Shown: in pieces, positions 39,161 to 53,306 of the stretch
How positions within the stretch are numbered: the first letter of the stretch is position 1
How the letters are laid out: each line of letters begins with the position of its first letter
Position numbers and translations under genes: made by a program
Notes under the pieces: model-generated
What the model saw: only the letters and a program-made list of their open reading frames with translations
Database searches by the model: none
Told to the model about the DNA's origin: nothing
Source of the DNA: Octopus sinensis
Taxonomy: Eukaryota
Assembly (NCBI RefSeq): GCF_006345805.1
Contig: NC_043005.1
Span: 53,940,001-54,004,000, forward strand
Direction: 5' to 3'
Length of the DNA stretch: 64,000 nucleotides

Positions 39161-41084
39161 GTATGAAATGAAGTGTTTTGCTCAAGAACACAACATGTCA
39201 CCGGGTCCAAGAACTGAAACCACAATCTTATGATCATGAAGACAACACCCTAACCACTAAGCCACGTGCCTCCACTAAACAGAAAGGGCAATCAACCATT
39301 AAGAAAAATGTACCTTTGTAAATTCCGTCAGACCACGCAAGCACGGAAAAGTAGACATTAAAACAATGATGAGGATGATTGATGATGATGATGATGATGA
39401 TGATGACTTCTAATGGCTAAAGGAGAAAAAAACACAAATTTCCCAATGAAGGGGAATTTATAGTTAATCAAATTGATCTCCCTGTATTTCCGATATTAAT
39501 TTAGTCAAAATTGAAGATGAAAATGGCAAAGAAGTCTCTAACAGGATTTGATCTTAGGACCATGCAGCATTAAACAAGAGACATTGAAATATTCTGTTCA
39601 TCATCCCACAACACCCTCTCTTTCTCTCTTTCAGACATCTTCACTTTTATTATTAATTATTCAAATTTCTGATTATCACTAATTGCCTCATTTCATACAC
39701 AAGTGCCCATATAAAAATTGTATTTGCATTTAACCTAATTCTTTGGTCATTAAAAAAAAGCTGCTTTATCATCATCATTATCATCATCATCATCACTACC
39801 ATTGTCATCATCATCATCATCATTACTATTAGTATCATCATTATCATCAGCATCATCATCATCAGCATCATCTTCATCAATATCCTTATCATGATTGCTA
39901 TTGTTGTTGTTGTTGTTGTTATGGTTTACTTTGAATGGTCAAGTTTAATGGAGCTCCACTTAGGAGATATTTTCTTCCAATATTACTTGATGGAAAACTG
40001 TTTTTTTTCTTTTATCTATTTATTTATTACCAACAAAAGGTTTCAAAATATGTTGAAGTCTACCCCATTACCTGGAGTGGAAATGAATATTCTTGTGAGC
40101 ATTGTTTCTAAGCTTATATCCATTTTTACTCATTATTATTTCTACTATTTAAGGCAGTGAGCTGGCAGAACCATTAGCATGCCTGACAAAATGGTACCAG
40201 CATTTCATCTATCCTTACGGTCTGAGTTCAAGTTCTGCCGAGGTCAACTTTACCTCTCATGTTTTTGGAGGTCAATAAAATTAGTACCAGTTAAGCATTG
40301 GGGTTGAAATAATCAACTAGTCCCCATTCCCCCAAATTTCAGGCCTTGTGCCTATAGTAAAAAAAGGATCATTAATGTTGTTAAGGCAGCAAGCTGGCAG
40401 AATCATTGGCACACTTGACAAAATATTTCTCCATATTTCTTCCGGTTATACTTTGTGAGTTCAAATTCTGCTGAGGTCAACTTTGCCTTTCATCCTTTTT
40501 TTTTTTGGTGGGGGGTTTAAAAGAAATAAGTACCAGTTGAGTACTGGGGTCAATGTAATTAACTTACCTACTTCCCCAAAACTGCTGGTTTTGTACCAAA
40601 ATTTAAAATCATTATTTCAGCAATGTAACTGAGGCAAAATAGCTTCAATTGTGGAGATGGAAAGACATTCAAGCCATAATGAAATTAGTAGTCAATATGT
40701 ACATCACCAAATTTCGAAAACATAAAAATACAGATTTAAAAAAAAGAAAGAAGGAAAGATAACGATTAACCATTTAGTATTTAAACAAGCCATATGCAAC
40801 CCAAATATTCTACTTGTTTTATGTTCAAACTGGCCATATTTGGCCTCTCACACCTACCCTACAATGTCATTTTAAAAATTGACAATCACATCATTAAAAT
40901 CTCAAAGCTACAAAATACATTCCCTTTTTTTCCTGGGAAAACAAAGCATCAGAACACTGGACCTGGCACCCTGCTTCTTCTCAATTCAAAAATTTGAGCA
41001 AAATCGATTCCAATATCGGGACCAACTTCGTGCAAGCATGAAGGAATGCTAGCAAAAGACTGATCTTCTAAATAGAAACCTTAC

Positions 41085-41132
41085 CTGCCATTGCAGTTTT
41101 GTAGCATGAAGTAAAGCAGGCTTTGCTGCCCA
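41085..41132 (-). other. Candidate 48-nt internal exon
   Basis: gtgttttcttcag|TGGGC...GGCAG|gtaagg; all three frames open; lies inside a split MITE, so it may be spurious. Confidence 0.35.
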
Positions 41133-41171
41133 CTGAAGAAAACACATAGTAAATTATCCATATGCACATGT

Positions 41172-41480
41172 GGAGGCACATGGCCTAGTGGTTAGAGCAG
41201 TGGACCCGTGGTCAAGGGATCGCGGGTTCGAATCTCAGACCGGGTGATGTGTGTGTTTACGAGCGAAACACCTAAGCTCCATGCGGCACCGGCGGAAGGT
41301 AATGGCGAACTTCTGCTGACTCTTTTGCCACAACTTTCTCCCACTCTTTCCTCCTGCATCTTGCAGCTCACCTGCGATGGACCGGTGTCCCATCCAAGTG
41401 AGGATCCTATATGCCAAGGAAACCGGGAAACAGGTCCTTTTGAGCCAGGCATGGCTTGAGAAGGAACAAACAATCCATAT
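41172..41480 (+). mobile_element. tRNA-derived SINE (family C-related)
   Basis: TGGCCTAGTGGTTAGAGC...GGGTTCGAATCTC A/B boxes; CpG-rich, apparently young. Confidence 0.75.
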
Positions 41481-44400
41481 GCACTTGAGCAAACTGAGTC
41501 CTCAACTTGTTCCATTTGCCAAAGGGTTTGCAGGGTACCAGCAGGCCTCAAGAGATACGTTCGTGTCCATAGGACATGATTACTTTATTTTACTGAACTC
41601 TCATTTGTCGTCCACAACAAGAGAATCCATCACTTGAAAATGAAGTGAATAATGAGCATTACATTTGCCAAAATAATCTGAATGCTAAAAGGTTAAGCAA
41701 ATAGATGTTGGTATAAACACTATCAGTTAATGTATAAGAAGCACAAAGTAAAAAAATTAGATGTAAAACCACAAAGTAAAAAGTTAGATGTAAAAGTCTC
41801 ATCACTCATTACACACAATAACAACCACAGCAACTCTTATTTTGTCAGCATTGTGAGTGACAGAGAGGCAACTGATATGAAACAACTCCAATCAAAAAAA
41901 GAAACATGGTAAAGATATGTTACAAAAATCAATTCCACCTTGCCTGAAAAAATGTACACATTAAAAAGCAAGGTGGTAAGTTTTTCTGTTTTCTAAAATA
42001 TGGAAAGAATTTCCATATTTCTTCAAATGAGAAGCAGGATGGAGTCCTTATCAATGTGTAACAGAACATGCTCTCTCAAAAGGTGCATGGCACATGAAAT
42101 CTGGTGCCTATTATTTAAGAAGGAGAATAAGTTCAGAGGCAGACAGAGCTCATGCATTGCATGCTTACCTGCAGACTGGTATCACAACTGGTAAAGAATG
42201 CACTCGTCATAGCCACAGATATAGGTTTTGATGGCAGCTCTTGTCATGTCATCATCTTAGCAGAATAATATAGACAGGTTGTGAAGACAGAAATGAAATA
42301 CAATAGCATGTGATAAAGTGGGAGTTTGCATTAGCATCCAGGTCCTGAGACCACAATATTATTTCAGAACCATAGCCCGTAATAGGCGTGGGATGAGGGC
42401 CAATCAAATTATTTGTACATGGTACATCATCATCATCATCATCATCATCATCATTGCCATTGTCATCTTTGTCATCATCCTTATCATCATCAGCAGTGTC
42501 GTCATCATCCTCTCCATCATCACCATCACTGTATTATCATCAACACTGAGCCTTGTCATATGGATTTTGTAGATTTGCATGTTTCACATCTTCAACAATA
42601 ATATTAATTAATTTCTTACAAGCCATTTTTCAATAGCCACTATTTTCAAGTAGGGGGGAAAAAGAGACATAAAAAACCCAATTTCTTTGTGACTGAAGTA
42701 TTGATTTCATATTTAATGCATAAAAAATGGGTATAGCCAATTGGATTAATTACATTACATGTATGACATTGCTATTTTTTTTAATCCATTCTAAAAGCAT
42801 AAAAGACAAGAGTTGGTTCAAGTAGGATTAGAACTCAGAATTTAGTACAACCAATCCCTAAATACTGCAAATTACTTCAAAAATCTGCACTCAACTTTTT
42901 CCATAGCCCCTACCATATTTCTCCACATCAAGTTCCCATGCAGATGGCGAAATAGAAAGGCTTCAACTGGGTTTGAAACTATTTTATAGGCTTTGTTTTA
43001 GATACAAGTTTAACATTTATTGAAAAGAGTTCACTCTCTTGATATATTAAGACTGTACAACCTAGCTTCAGGTTTCAGCTTGGTTGCAACAGATTTATTT
43101 TCAACCTAGCTGAAAGAAGAAACCCAAAGCTGGATTTTAAGTTTTCAGATGTTACTTGTCATCATATATTGTTGTTTTGCTGATAATGGACAATAGAAAA
43201 AGAGAAAATTTAATCTGTAAACTACTAAACAAAGAAATCTTATGCTACTTAGAAATAGAAAGACAGTTGAGATGATTTTCTATCAAAATACATGTCAGAA
43301 ACTTTAGTAAAAGATGTTGATAGATTCTTTCTGAATATCTGTTTAAGAGTGAAAAATACACACAAATTGCCAACAAATACAAAAGGTTGCTTTTGAAACT
43401 GCAGACTGTTTTTAAGTAATTAATGTCTTTCACAGAAATCACCAAACCCTTGACTTAATTGTCTAAAAGTGATATTTTACCATCACAGACAACAGAAAAA
43501 ATATTTTAATGAGCCTATTAAGCTATTTATGGTAACCTACATAATGCTCTCTTCTCACCATAAGAGGAGCATTGAACATCAGGTATATTCTTTCCTTTGG
43601 CATTATATTATAGATTTAAATTAAACCTGATGCCAATATGATGGTATATCTTGTAAATTACCATAGTTATAAAGTTACATCTTTCTAAAATGTTCCTGGC
43701 TAGTCTCTATTCATCCTATTGTTGTATTGTTATGAATTTCTTTTCATTTTTCCATATTTCTCAACCACAATATTAATTCTGTCTTTTCTTAGTTACCTTT
43801 TCGACAACATTATTATGATCAGAGCGATAACATTCTAATCAATTTATTCTTATTATTTATTTACATTTTCACCCCTTCCATCTCTAAAAGCGTGTATAAA
43901 ATAAAAGGGAAAAAGAAATATATCTATAAACATTAGGTTTAGAGTGCACCCATTTTAAAGTGAGATGCTATATGATATGGAAAATAGATATGAAGCAAAC
44001 TTCTTTCAGATGCTTCAAGCTTTATAATAAAATAACACAATAAACTTGCAGAGATTATGAATCCTGAATATTGCTGATTCACAATGGGGGGTGCTAAACT
44101 TTTCGAATAAAAGATATCATGTATCATGGCACATTTCAATAAGCGACATAACCATACAAGCACATTCAATGACCATTTTGGACAATCACAGAGATAGTCA
44201 ATGAAATTGAAGCACTACTTCTTTTATCTTGATATTTTTATATACATATATATTTGTTAACTTTATTTAAATTTTTTCTTTCTTTTTTTTCTGTATTCAA
44301 TTGGTAAGTTGTTCATGTGGACACCAATAGAATTTACTTCTTATAAAAGATTATATTTATTCAAACGATAAATCTCCTATATCTGTCGTAACAAAATTTT

Positions 44401-44811
44401 AGCATTTGTTAGTAAAGCCAGCCCTAACTAACTAGCAAGAACTGTTTAAAAATAAATAAAATGAAAGCAAGTAGATCATATATCGTTAGGCATCCAAACA
44501 CTTTTGATAATAACCTGCTGGAGATCAGCCTCTGGTTCTAGAATATGAAACCTCTCCTTTTACAGCTGTCATATTTTAAATTCAAATTTACTTTCATAAA
44601 ATTTCATATGAGACCTCTTCTTTAAGCTATGTATCAGAAACCATTTTGATAAAATATGCTTAGTTATTTTACTAAACCTATCTAAGTAAACGAGTAATTT
44701 CAAAATTAATTGAAACATACAAGGTATGTATTTCATGAAAAATATAGTCACAAAAGATTTAATAGAAGCAATAGCCTTCAAGAAGTGGTTTCCTTGATTT
44801 TAGAGACATAT

Positions 44812-45144
44812 TTGACTGGCTTCTGTGCCGGTGGCACGTAAAGAGCACCATCCGAACGTGGCCGATGCCAGCGCCGCCTTGACTGACTTCTGTGCCGGTG
44901 GCATGTAAAAAGCACCGATCTGATCGTGGCTGTTGCCAGCCTCACCTGGCACCTGTGCCAGTGGCATGTAAAAAGCACCCACTACACTCACAGAGTGGTT
45001 GGCGTTAGGAAGGGCATCCAGCTGTAGAAACACTGCCAGATCAGACTGGGGCCTGGTGCAGCCTTCTGGCTTCCCAGATCCTGGTCGAACCGTCCAACTC
45101 ATGCTAGCTTGGGAGAACGGACGTTAAACGATGATGATGATGAT
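44812..45144 (+). mobile_element. Retroposon 3' end, family D, (GAT)n tail
   Basis: Internal GCCGGTGGCACGTAAAAAGCACC repeats, AGGAAGGGCATCCAGCTGTAGAAAC, ends GGACGTTAAACGATGATGAT. Relatives near 4760-4935, 9160-9395, 15670-15760, 19600-19850, 27870-28110(-), 33540-33790 and 59040-59290(-). Confidence 0.75.
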
Positions 45145-46400
45145 TTGGTATATAGATTGCTTATTGTTTCTCTCAGACTGACATTAACTGTATAGATTTA
45201 TGATATTTGTATGAGTTTTAGAAAGCAGCATTTTGTGATTGTATTTTGTCCATAAACATTAACTATTTATTGTTTTCCAACAAGAAAGAATTAAGTCGTT
45301 GAGTGTAGAACTATATACAAAGACACAATTCATTATCGTGACAAGATTTAAATGCTTCACTATAGTTAGTTCTTCAACTATAGCGTCTGGTTCACACAAC
45401 CATGATTAATGTAATGCCTTATTTACTTAAATTATACTATGGCTAAAATTAAATCAACCATTGAATATAATAATGGAACACAGTTTTATATTGATGAGGG
45501 AGCCTCAGAGTAGCCACATGACCTCCTGGAAGTAGCAGTCAAATCTTCCTCAAATCAAATTACCACAGGAGGGAAACGGTATTGATTAAGCTCAATTGCA
45601 GTAACAGGAAGAATCGGTGATGAATCAAGCTGAACCTACAAGGGATTCTTCAAGTGTTACTTGATCCTGCTAGTCTTAAGTAAGAAAATACTAGGTAATG
45701 CAATACTAGACTTTCCAACAATGACTTGATGGCCATGGTTAGAATCAAAAGTGAACTGGAGCTAAAAGCAATGTAGAGTCAATGAAACACTGTTAAACCA
45801 ATAAGGAATTAATGAAATTTTATGAAGCAATCATGAAATTGAGATCATCAAGAAAGAATCTTTGGAAATGAATTATTCTTGTCGTTATTATGACATTTGA
45901 TTCTCATAGTCTGAAGACACTGTTTCTCTTCTATAAATGATACACATTTTATTCAATCACTACCTAATGAAATTTCTGTTGGAGTACTTGTAAAAAACAA
46001 CTCAACTATAATTCCCTAAGGAAGCCCAGCTCTTGATACCCAGGGATAGACAAAGACAAAATTTATTTATACATATTTTATTTTCATATCCAAAATACTA
46101 CCAAACATACTTATGCTGCAACACTGAATACAATAATGGCATAAAGAAAAATAAACTAATAACACAAATCAAAACATATAACTTAATTGCTGGTAGGGAC
46201 ATCGTACTTTATTTTGCAATCATAAAAGACTACTAAATATATATTGAAAGTTTATAATCAATACTGTGTCCTACTTTTGTGTTAGCAGTGCAAGACTAGC
46301 ACTTTTAAGTTTATTTCTACAGATTTTCTATGGAATTCAGAGCCAGCATTGAAAGTTATATTTCGTATACGAATATGTCTATGTAAACAATGTATATATC

Positions 46401-46587
46401 GCAGTGTGGAAGGTGTTTATAAGCCATTTAAGAAACACACAAAAAACATTAGATTCACTTCAACATTTAAATTTAATTTGTCAAAATATTTTCGTTGCTT
46501 TGAGATGAAAATTAAATTTAAATGTTGAAGTGAATCTAACGGTTTTTGTGTATTTCTTAAATGACTTATAAACACCTTCTACACTGC
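46401..46587. repeat. Fold-back repeat, ~79-bp arms, ~90% identical, 29-nt spacer
   Basis: 46401-46479 pairs with 46509-46587. The spacer on the minus strand reads ...GCAACGAAAATATTTTGAC, like the 3' half of a hammerhead. Confidence 0.7.
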
Positions 46588-47600
46588 AATTGTTTTCGTT
46601 CCAGCACACGATCTCAGATCAGGTCAATTGCTATGCAGGTACATCTCTGTAAATGTATATATCAGTTATAACAAATGTGTTTTTATATGTAAGTTGGTAT
46701 ACCCAATTATGTCACACCTCTAAATTTAGTGATATCTAAGCAATTTGTCCATGGATGGTTAATGGGTTGGATTTGGTGCTGAGGAAGAAGCAATAACTCC
46801 TGAAATATGCATATTCACACACCCATTAGTATCTTTCTATCTTCGTTTGCATTGCTTACATAGACGTGTTCGTATAGGAAACATCATAACTTTCAATGAT
46901 TGCTCAAAATTCTGTAGAAAATCCGTAGAGAAAACTTAATGTACAAGAAAGAGGTAGGAAAAAAATGAAGTGTATAGTCAACAATTAATAGAAGAAAATC
47001 TCACAAATTCTCAAATTACTAATTTCAAATATAACAATAGAAGTAATGGTAACAAAAGAAGAAGGAAAGGGATGGTTACATGAAGTTAAATACTGTGGTC
47101 TACTCATACAGAAGTTGCCATATAAGGAGTCTTTCCTTAATGCAAAATGAACAAATGAAATGTTTAGACCTATCATGTTTACAGTGTTGGTGAAAGTAAT
47201 TTTGTGAAGTGGATCTGCATTTTTTTGTGACAGGAGATAATCCAGGAGAAAGAGAAACTTTATATATTTCTGCTTATGAAAGGATGGGAGTAGAAGATTT
47301 TGCTTCTATTTCTAGTAGGGTCAAGTAACACAAAGCATCCTTTGTAGGTTAAACTGGATCATATCAAGAGAAAGTCTCTCAAATGCAATAGGTAAAAGTT
47401 AAGACACTATCTACCGTACAATCAAAGCTCAGTCAAAACAATGGTTACAATTCTCAGACATACTTCTGATTATAAATTTGTAGCACAGTACAAGGGTCAA
47501 AGAAATATACAAGAGTGATGACAAGAGACATACGAAATGTCTCTCTGAATTCTTGTAGCTAATAATAGAAAAAAATCATCATCCCCATTATCATTACCAT

Positions 47601-47741
47601 TTCTTCTTCTTCTTCTTCTTCTTCTTCTTCTTCTTCTTCTTCTTCTTCTTCTTCTTCTTCTTCTTCTTCTTCTTCTTCTTCTTCTTCTTCTTCTTCTTCT
47701 TCTTCTTCTTCTTCTTCTTCTTCTTCTTCTTCTTCTTCTTC
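47601..47741. repeat. Uninterrupted (TTC)47
   Basis: Direct reading. Confidence 0.95.
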
Positions 47742-48348
47742 TCATAATTATTATCCTTATTCGAGTTAGCAAAATTGTTAGTGCACTGTATGAAATGCTT
47801 AGTGGTATTTCGCCCATTGCTATGTTCTGAGGTCAAATTTCACCAAGGTTGACTTTGCCCTTCATCCTTTCAGGGTCAATAAAATAAGTACCAGTTGAAC
47901 ATTGGGGTTGATGACCACAGAACCAATTTTATGTAATTGTGAACGGTCCTAGACGTTCTCTTGACCCCCTCTCACCTCATGCCTTCAATCTTGACCCAAT
48001 GAAACAGCCAGCATCCAAAATGTGACAGTCAGAGGGAAACAGGGCTGCAGCAGGTACACACCTGGTTACTCATTACAGCTGAGTAGACTACAGTCTTTCT
48101 ACTACTGTATGCATAACTCCTGAAATTCCTGGGGAGGTGGTTAATCAATTACATAAACTTCAGTGTTCAACTATTACTTTATTTTATTGTCCCTGAAAAG
48201 ATGGAAGGCAATGTCGACTTGGAAGCATTTGAACACAGAATGTCAAGCTGGAAGAAAATGTTGCAAAAAATTTTGTCCTGCATACAAACAATTCTGTCGG
48301 CTCACTGCCTAAATAATAATAACCATAATGATGATGGTAATAATGATG

Positions 48349-48382
<34 letters not shown>

Positions 48383-48852
48383 TAATAATAATAATGATAA
48401 TAATAATAATAATAATGATAATAATAATAATGATAATAATAATAATAATAATGATAATAATAATAATGATAATAATAATAATAATAATTGCCTTTGCCTA
48501 GCAAGCAAAAAGTCTAATTTTCCCTCTGGGTAACAGATATGTTTAATTACTCATTGTGGCTGTCTTAACTTGGCAAATTCTTCTTTAGTTGAGCTGTGAA
48601 ATGAAGCTTATATGTTGTATAACATTCTCTCATGCCATTTATGTAGGAGTTCATATATTTTTTAATATTTATTTATTTATTTATTTTGACACTCAATGTA
48701 ATGTATCCCTCGAGGTATTTAACTGGAATCTACCATATGTCCATGTATGTGATCAACAAGAAAGAAAGGAAGTAAAAAACAAAACACTAAAAGCAGTAAT
48801 AATAAAACACCCCAAGAAAGCAATATATATATGTGTGTGTATGTGTTTGTAT

Positions 48853-48906
<54 letters not shown>

Positions 48907-48960
48907 TATATATATATAATATATATATATATACACATACATACATACACATATATATAT

Positions 48961-48995
<35 letters not shown>

Positions 48996-49019
48996 CATAC
49001 ATACATATATATATATATA

Positions 49020-49074
<55 letters not shown>

Positions 49075-50170
49075 CATTAAAATAATAAATGGAAAATATT
49101 AACTGAAATAATTTCTAAGTGTCAAAGTTTACAGAGAAATATTAGCATTTGCAAAAGATGGTGAGAAATACATAGTGATACTTCAAAATATCTGGGCTAT
49201 CATTCAATAGTACTTATACATATAACATATTTTGTTTTTGTCATAGAAAATGTTGATTAAAAAACTAAATAAATAAGTAAATAGATAGATAAATAAAAGA
49301 GTGTAGATATTTTCTCATTGATATGACAGCAGCATGATAGGAAAAAACAAATATGTTGATATATTTTCTTCACATTAAAAAAAATGTAACTTCTAAATTC
49401 TTTCTATTTCTGTCATAACATCAAAATGATGAGACTGATTAGTCATTTATTGCAAACTGAATAATTTCATTGTTTATTTATATATATTTTGTTTACTCAT
49501 ATATTTTTGATTTTTTTTGTTTTTATTGTTTATTTTCTTGTTTAGAGATAAAAAAAAATGAAACAAAATAAATGCTGTTTCCTTCTCTACATTTGATTGT
49601 TAGTGTGTGAATGTGTGTATTTATTTGTGTTAATATATATGTGCATGTGTGCTTTTGTGCTAATATATGCCAATAAAGTGTGTATTTATGTATGTGTGAT
49701 TTGTGCTAATATGGGTTTGTAGTGTGTGTATTTATGCGAGTATATGCATGTATGTATATGCGTTAAAAGTTTATTTTTTGTTTTTTTTGTCTTCTGACCA
49801 GAAGTTATGTACCACATCATTATGCATTTTTAGACTCCCTAGAGATAAAATAATGATTCCAGTACACAAGAATAAATTTCCCTTGCTTTGAGATCATGAC
49901 AAACTTAAGTTTGATTCCCAGGACACTGATAGAATATTTAAGCTCACTAGCATGCAAGTGAAGAAGGAAAAAAACAAAACACTGCAAAAAAAAAACCCAC
50001 AAAAAATAAGCATTACAATAAATAAATGTTTGTAAGTAAATAAATACAAACATGATATAGGAACTAATGATAAGCATAAGTCAAAGCTATTTGTAAAACT
50101 TCCAGTCAGATTTCCCCATTAAGAGAAATTAATAATAATACTAATACCAATACAAATAATAATGATGATG

Positions 50171-50201
<31 letters not shown>

Positions 50202-50924
50202 GAACAACGCCGATGATAGCAATAGCAACAATAATGAATTTTTTAAAAACTTAAAATTTACCTTGTTTATTTAATGATAGTATATATTTTGTTATGAAAT
50301 ATTTAAAAGTTTAATTTTTCTAGAGAAAAAAAATAAATAAAATGTTGAAATGCATCTTTTTTCTCTGTTTTTCCTTTTTTTTTTCTTTTACATTTACTTT
50401 TTTTTTTTACCCTCTTTATAAATTCTGAAAGCTATTATTGCTGTCGAATTCTTCTTTAATTGAACTAAATTAAAATTTATGCTGAACTCTTAATGCAAAT
50501 AAGTAAATAAGAGCACTTTTAGCTGTATAGACAACCATGATACCATGTGAGTTGCTAAGTGAAAAAGAATGTAAAAAAAACAAAACTGATGAACTTATAC
50601 ATTGTTCACTTCAGATGGAAAGTTTAACTATTGTTCATTTGGCATTATTTAACAAAGCTCTTTCACAATGCCTTTCTTTTATTATTTCACTTGTTTCAAT
50701 AACTGGGCTGTAACCATGCAGGGACTCAGCTCTGAAGGATCTTTTGTAGTCGATCAACTCAACCTTAGTACTTATTTCAAGTCTAATCTAATTAAATCTA
50801 TCTTTTCCATATTGCCAGAAAGCTTAGCTATGGGCATTTAAATAAACATACACTGCACAATACAAGCAGTATAAGAAAAGCACAAACATGTACCTGCTCA
50901 CACACACAAACATACACACAAATA

Positions 50925-50957
<33 letters not shown>

Positions 50958-51356
50958 TATGTATGTATGTATGTATGTATGTATGTATGTATGTATGAAT
51001 GAATGTATGTATGTATGCATGCATGCATGTATGTATGTATGCATGTATGTATGTATGTGTATATATGTATATAAATTAGAGAAGAACCACAATGTAGCAA
51101 TTCAACAATGATATAATTAAATCATACCATATAGAAAAAGAATTAAAGATACGATAAAACATTTACCTAGAACTAAATAAAGTATGAAATAATAAATAAA
51201 TAGTATATAATTAGTAAATAGACTACACGTGTTTCGTGGCTATATTTTCAAACTGATAGCAGTAAAATCAATTCAATTTAAATATAGTCATTCATCAGGT
51301 CCAAGATAAAAATATATATGAGTTCTGTTTTTGGGGGGATCACCCTGTATAAATAC

Positions 51357-51400
<44 letters not shown>

Positions 51401-51405
<5 letters not shown>

Positions 51406-51919
51406 GACCCCCAAAACAACAGAACTCATAAAAATTTTATCAAATCCTGACTAAGGTCCTGCAAATTTCTTGAAATTTGCTTGACTAAAACTTCAGTCTG
51501 TGTATGATCATTCCCTTTGCCTAAAAGTCGTGTTCTTTTCAAAATATGCTCCAAATGGCATATGTCACGCAAAGTTGTCAATTACTTGAACACATTCCTC
51601 TTTGGGGATTTCCCTGATTTCTCCTGTGATTGCTGCCTTCAGTTCACCTATCGTTTGAGGTTTGTTCTGGTAAACATTACCTTGAGATACCACAACTGAT
51701 AAAAATCTAGGCTGGATTCAAGTCCAGTAAATGCGGTGCCCACTCAATGTCACACTTTCTGCCGTTCAATCTCATCTGAAATCGCTCTTTCAGCCAGGCT
51801 AGAGAGTCATTTGAAGTGTGCGTGGTGGGGGTGGCTCTTGTCTTGCTGGAACCACCGGTCATCTCGATCTAACCCTCTGCATCGTTTTATTGTGTGTTCT
51901 GTTTTTTGGGATCACCCTG
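51401..51919 (-). mobile_element. Tc1/mariner relic (DD41D/rosa-like spacing) with both TIRs
   Basis: TIR (C/T)AGGGTGAYCCCAAAA..CAGAAC at both ends, TA flanks. Minus strand WFQQD...WLKERF...WAPHLLDLNP.DF...VYQNKPQTIGELKAAI, with frameshifts. Confidence 0.8.
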
Positions 51920-51923
51920 TATA

Positions 51924-52357
51924 TCTATTATATAAAGTCCAGTCTGTCTGTCTGTGTGTCTTCTTAGGATCTTGGGCATCCTTCATCTGATTGCACCCAA
52001 ATTTGATATGCAAATACCGACAGTATCAGGGCGTGTATAAGTCTTGAAAAAAATTACAAAAATCGATTCCAGGTGAGAATGCGATCGATAAAGCCGTGGG
52101 TACATGCATTTGTAAAATTGTTTTTCTTGGAATGGGAAAAAGTCTATCTTTATTACTTCTTTTGCCGGAGTCTCAAATTTAGATTAAATCAGTGTTTCTA
52201 AAAGGGAAGGCCTATGGGACGGTCGGACAAGTTGTTTTGTGAGAATTTGGTTTAAATGTTTGACAGCTCAGCACCGTCCATTGGAGGGGGAGCATTTTGC
52301 TCATATATATATATATATATATGTATTTATATGTATACATATATATATATATTATAT

Positions 52358-52403
<46 letters not shown>

Positions 52404-52785
52404 CATAGAAGTAATGTTTACTGCTACTTAAACACGGCTGTTCTGTTGCTACCATTTCGGCACCTGATATATATTGCAACAAGCAGGGGAGTGAACCCCT
52501 GTGGGTGTCCACCACTAAGAATGAACACAAATAGCTCGAAACCTGACAGTTTGGTTTTCCTGTCATAATTGCTAGAAGATGTTAGTGGTTCACTCCCCTG
52601 CCTGCAATATATATCAGATGCAGATTGCATTGATAACCAGCTGGAGGAGGATTCCTGCTGGGGTTAAAAGCAGTATATATATATATATATATATGGAACA
52701 GTCATGTCGAAGTGGTGATAAACATTACTTCTCAGTATAGTTACTACTTTTATCTCTTATATAGATTTTCTAACTAGCTACTTTG
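51924..52785 (+). mobile_element. Helitron-like non-autonomous element with nested hairpins
   Basis: Starts A|TCTATTATATAAAG followed by (GTCT)n. Inner IR GCAGGGGAGTGAACC/GGTTCACTCCCCTGC and outer IR 52408-43/52696-731. The 3' end is not certain. Confidence 0.5.
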
Positions 52786-53306
52786 CTTATATTTGCTTAT
52801 ACATACATACATACATAAATACAGACAGATAGACAGACAGACAGACAGACATATATGTATGTATGTGCAAGTGAGTGGTGTGTGTGTGTATAGTTGGGTG
52901 GGTGTATAATAGGCTTCCAACAGATTCCATCTGCCAAATTTCTTTGCAACGCATAAACATCCCGGAGCCATAGAAGGAGAAACTTGCCCAAGGCATCATG
53001 CTGAAGGATTTGAACTCAAAACAACATTGTTGCACAGCAAAAACTTCCTAACCCCACAGCTACGTCTACACATTCAAATTCTGTCATTATCATATCTAAT
53101 TTTTACCTTAATATTTTAAATAAACCTTTACAATTGTTTGCTGGCATTCCAATCATGACCACCCAAGTGCTACGCAATCCAGTGTGTCCTTCCTTTAATA
53201 AGACAGTATGATGTCATTTCAGGGAGAGTGGCTTGCTTTTTCTAGCTGGTGATTAAACTACATAATCACTCTTTTATTAATTTAGGTTGTTTATATGTTT
53301 GTATTG

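Larger units (their letters stand above)
40770..41697. mobile_element. Second piggyBac-like MITE split by ~700 bp of inserted sequence
   Basis: TTAA|CCATTTAG at the left end and CTGAATGCTAAAAGG|TTAA at the right end; homologous pieces at 30765-30985 and 11920-11968. Confidence 0.5.
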
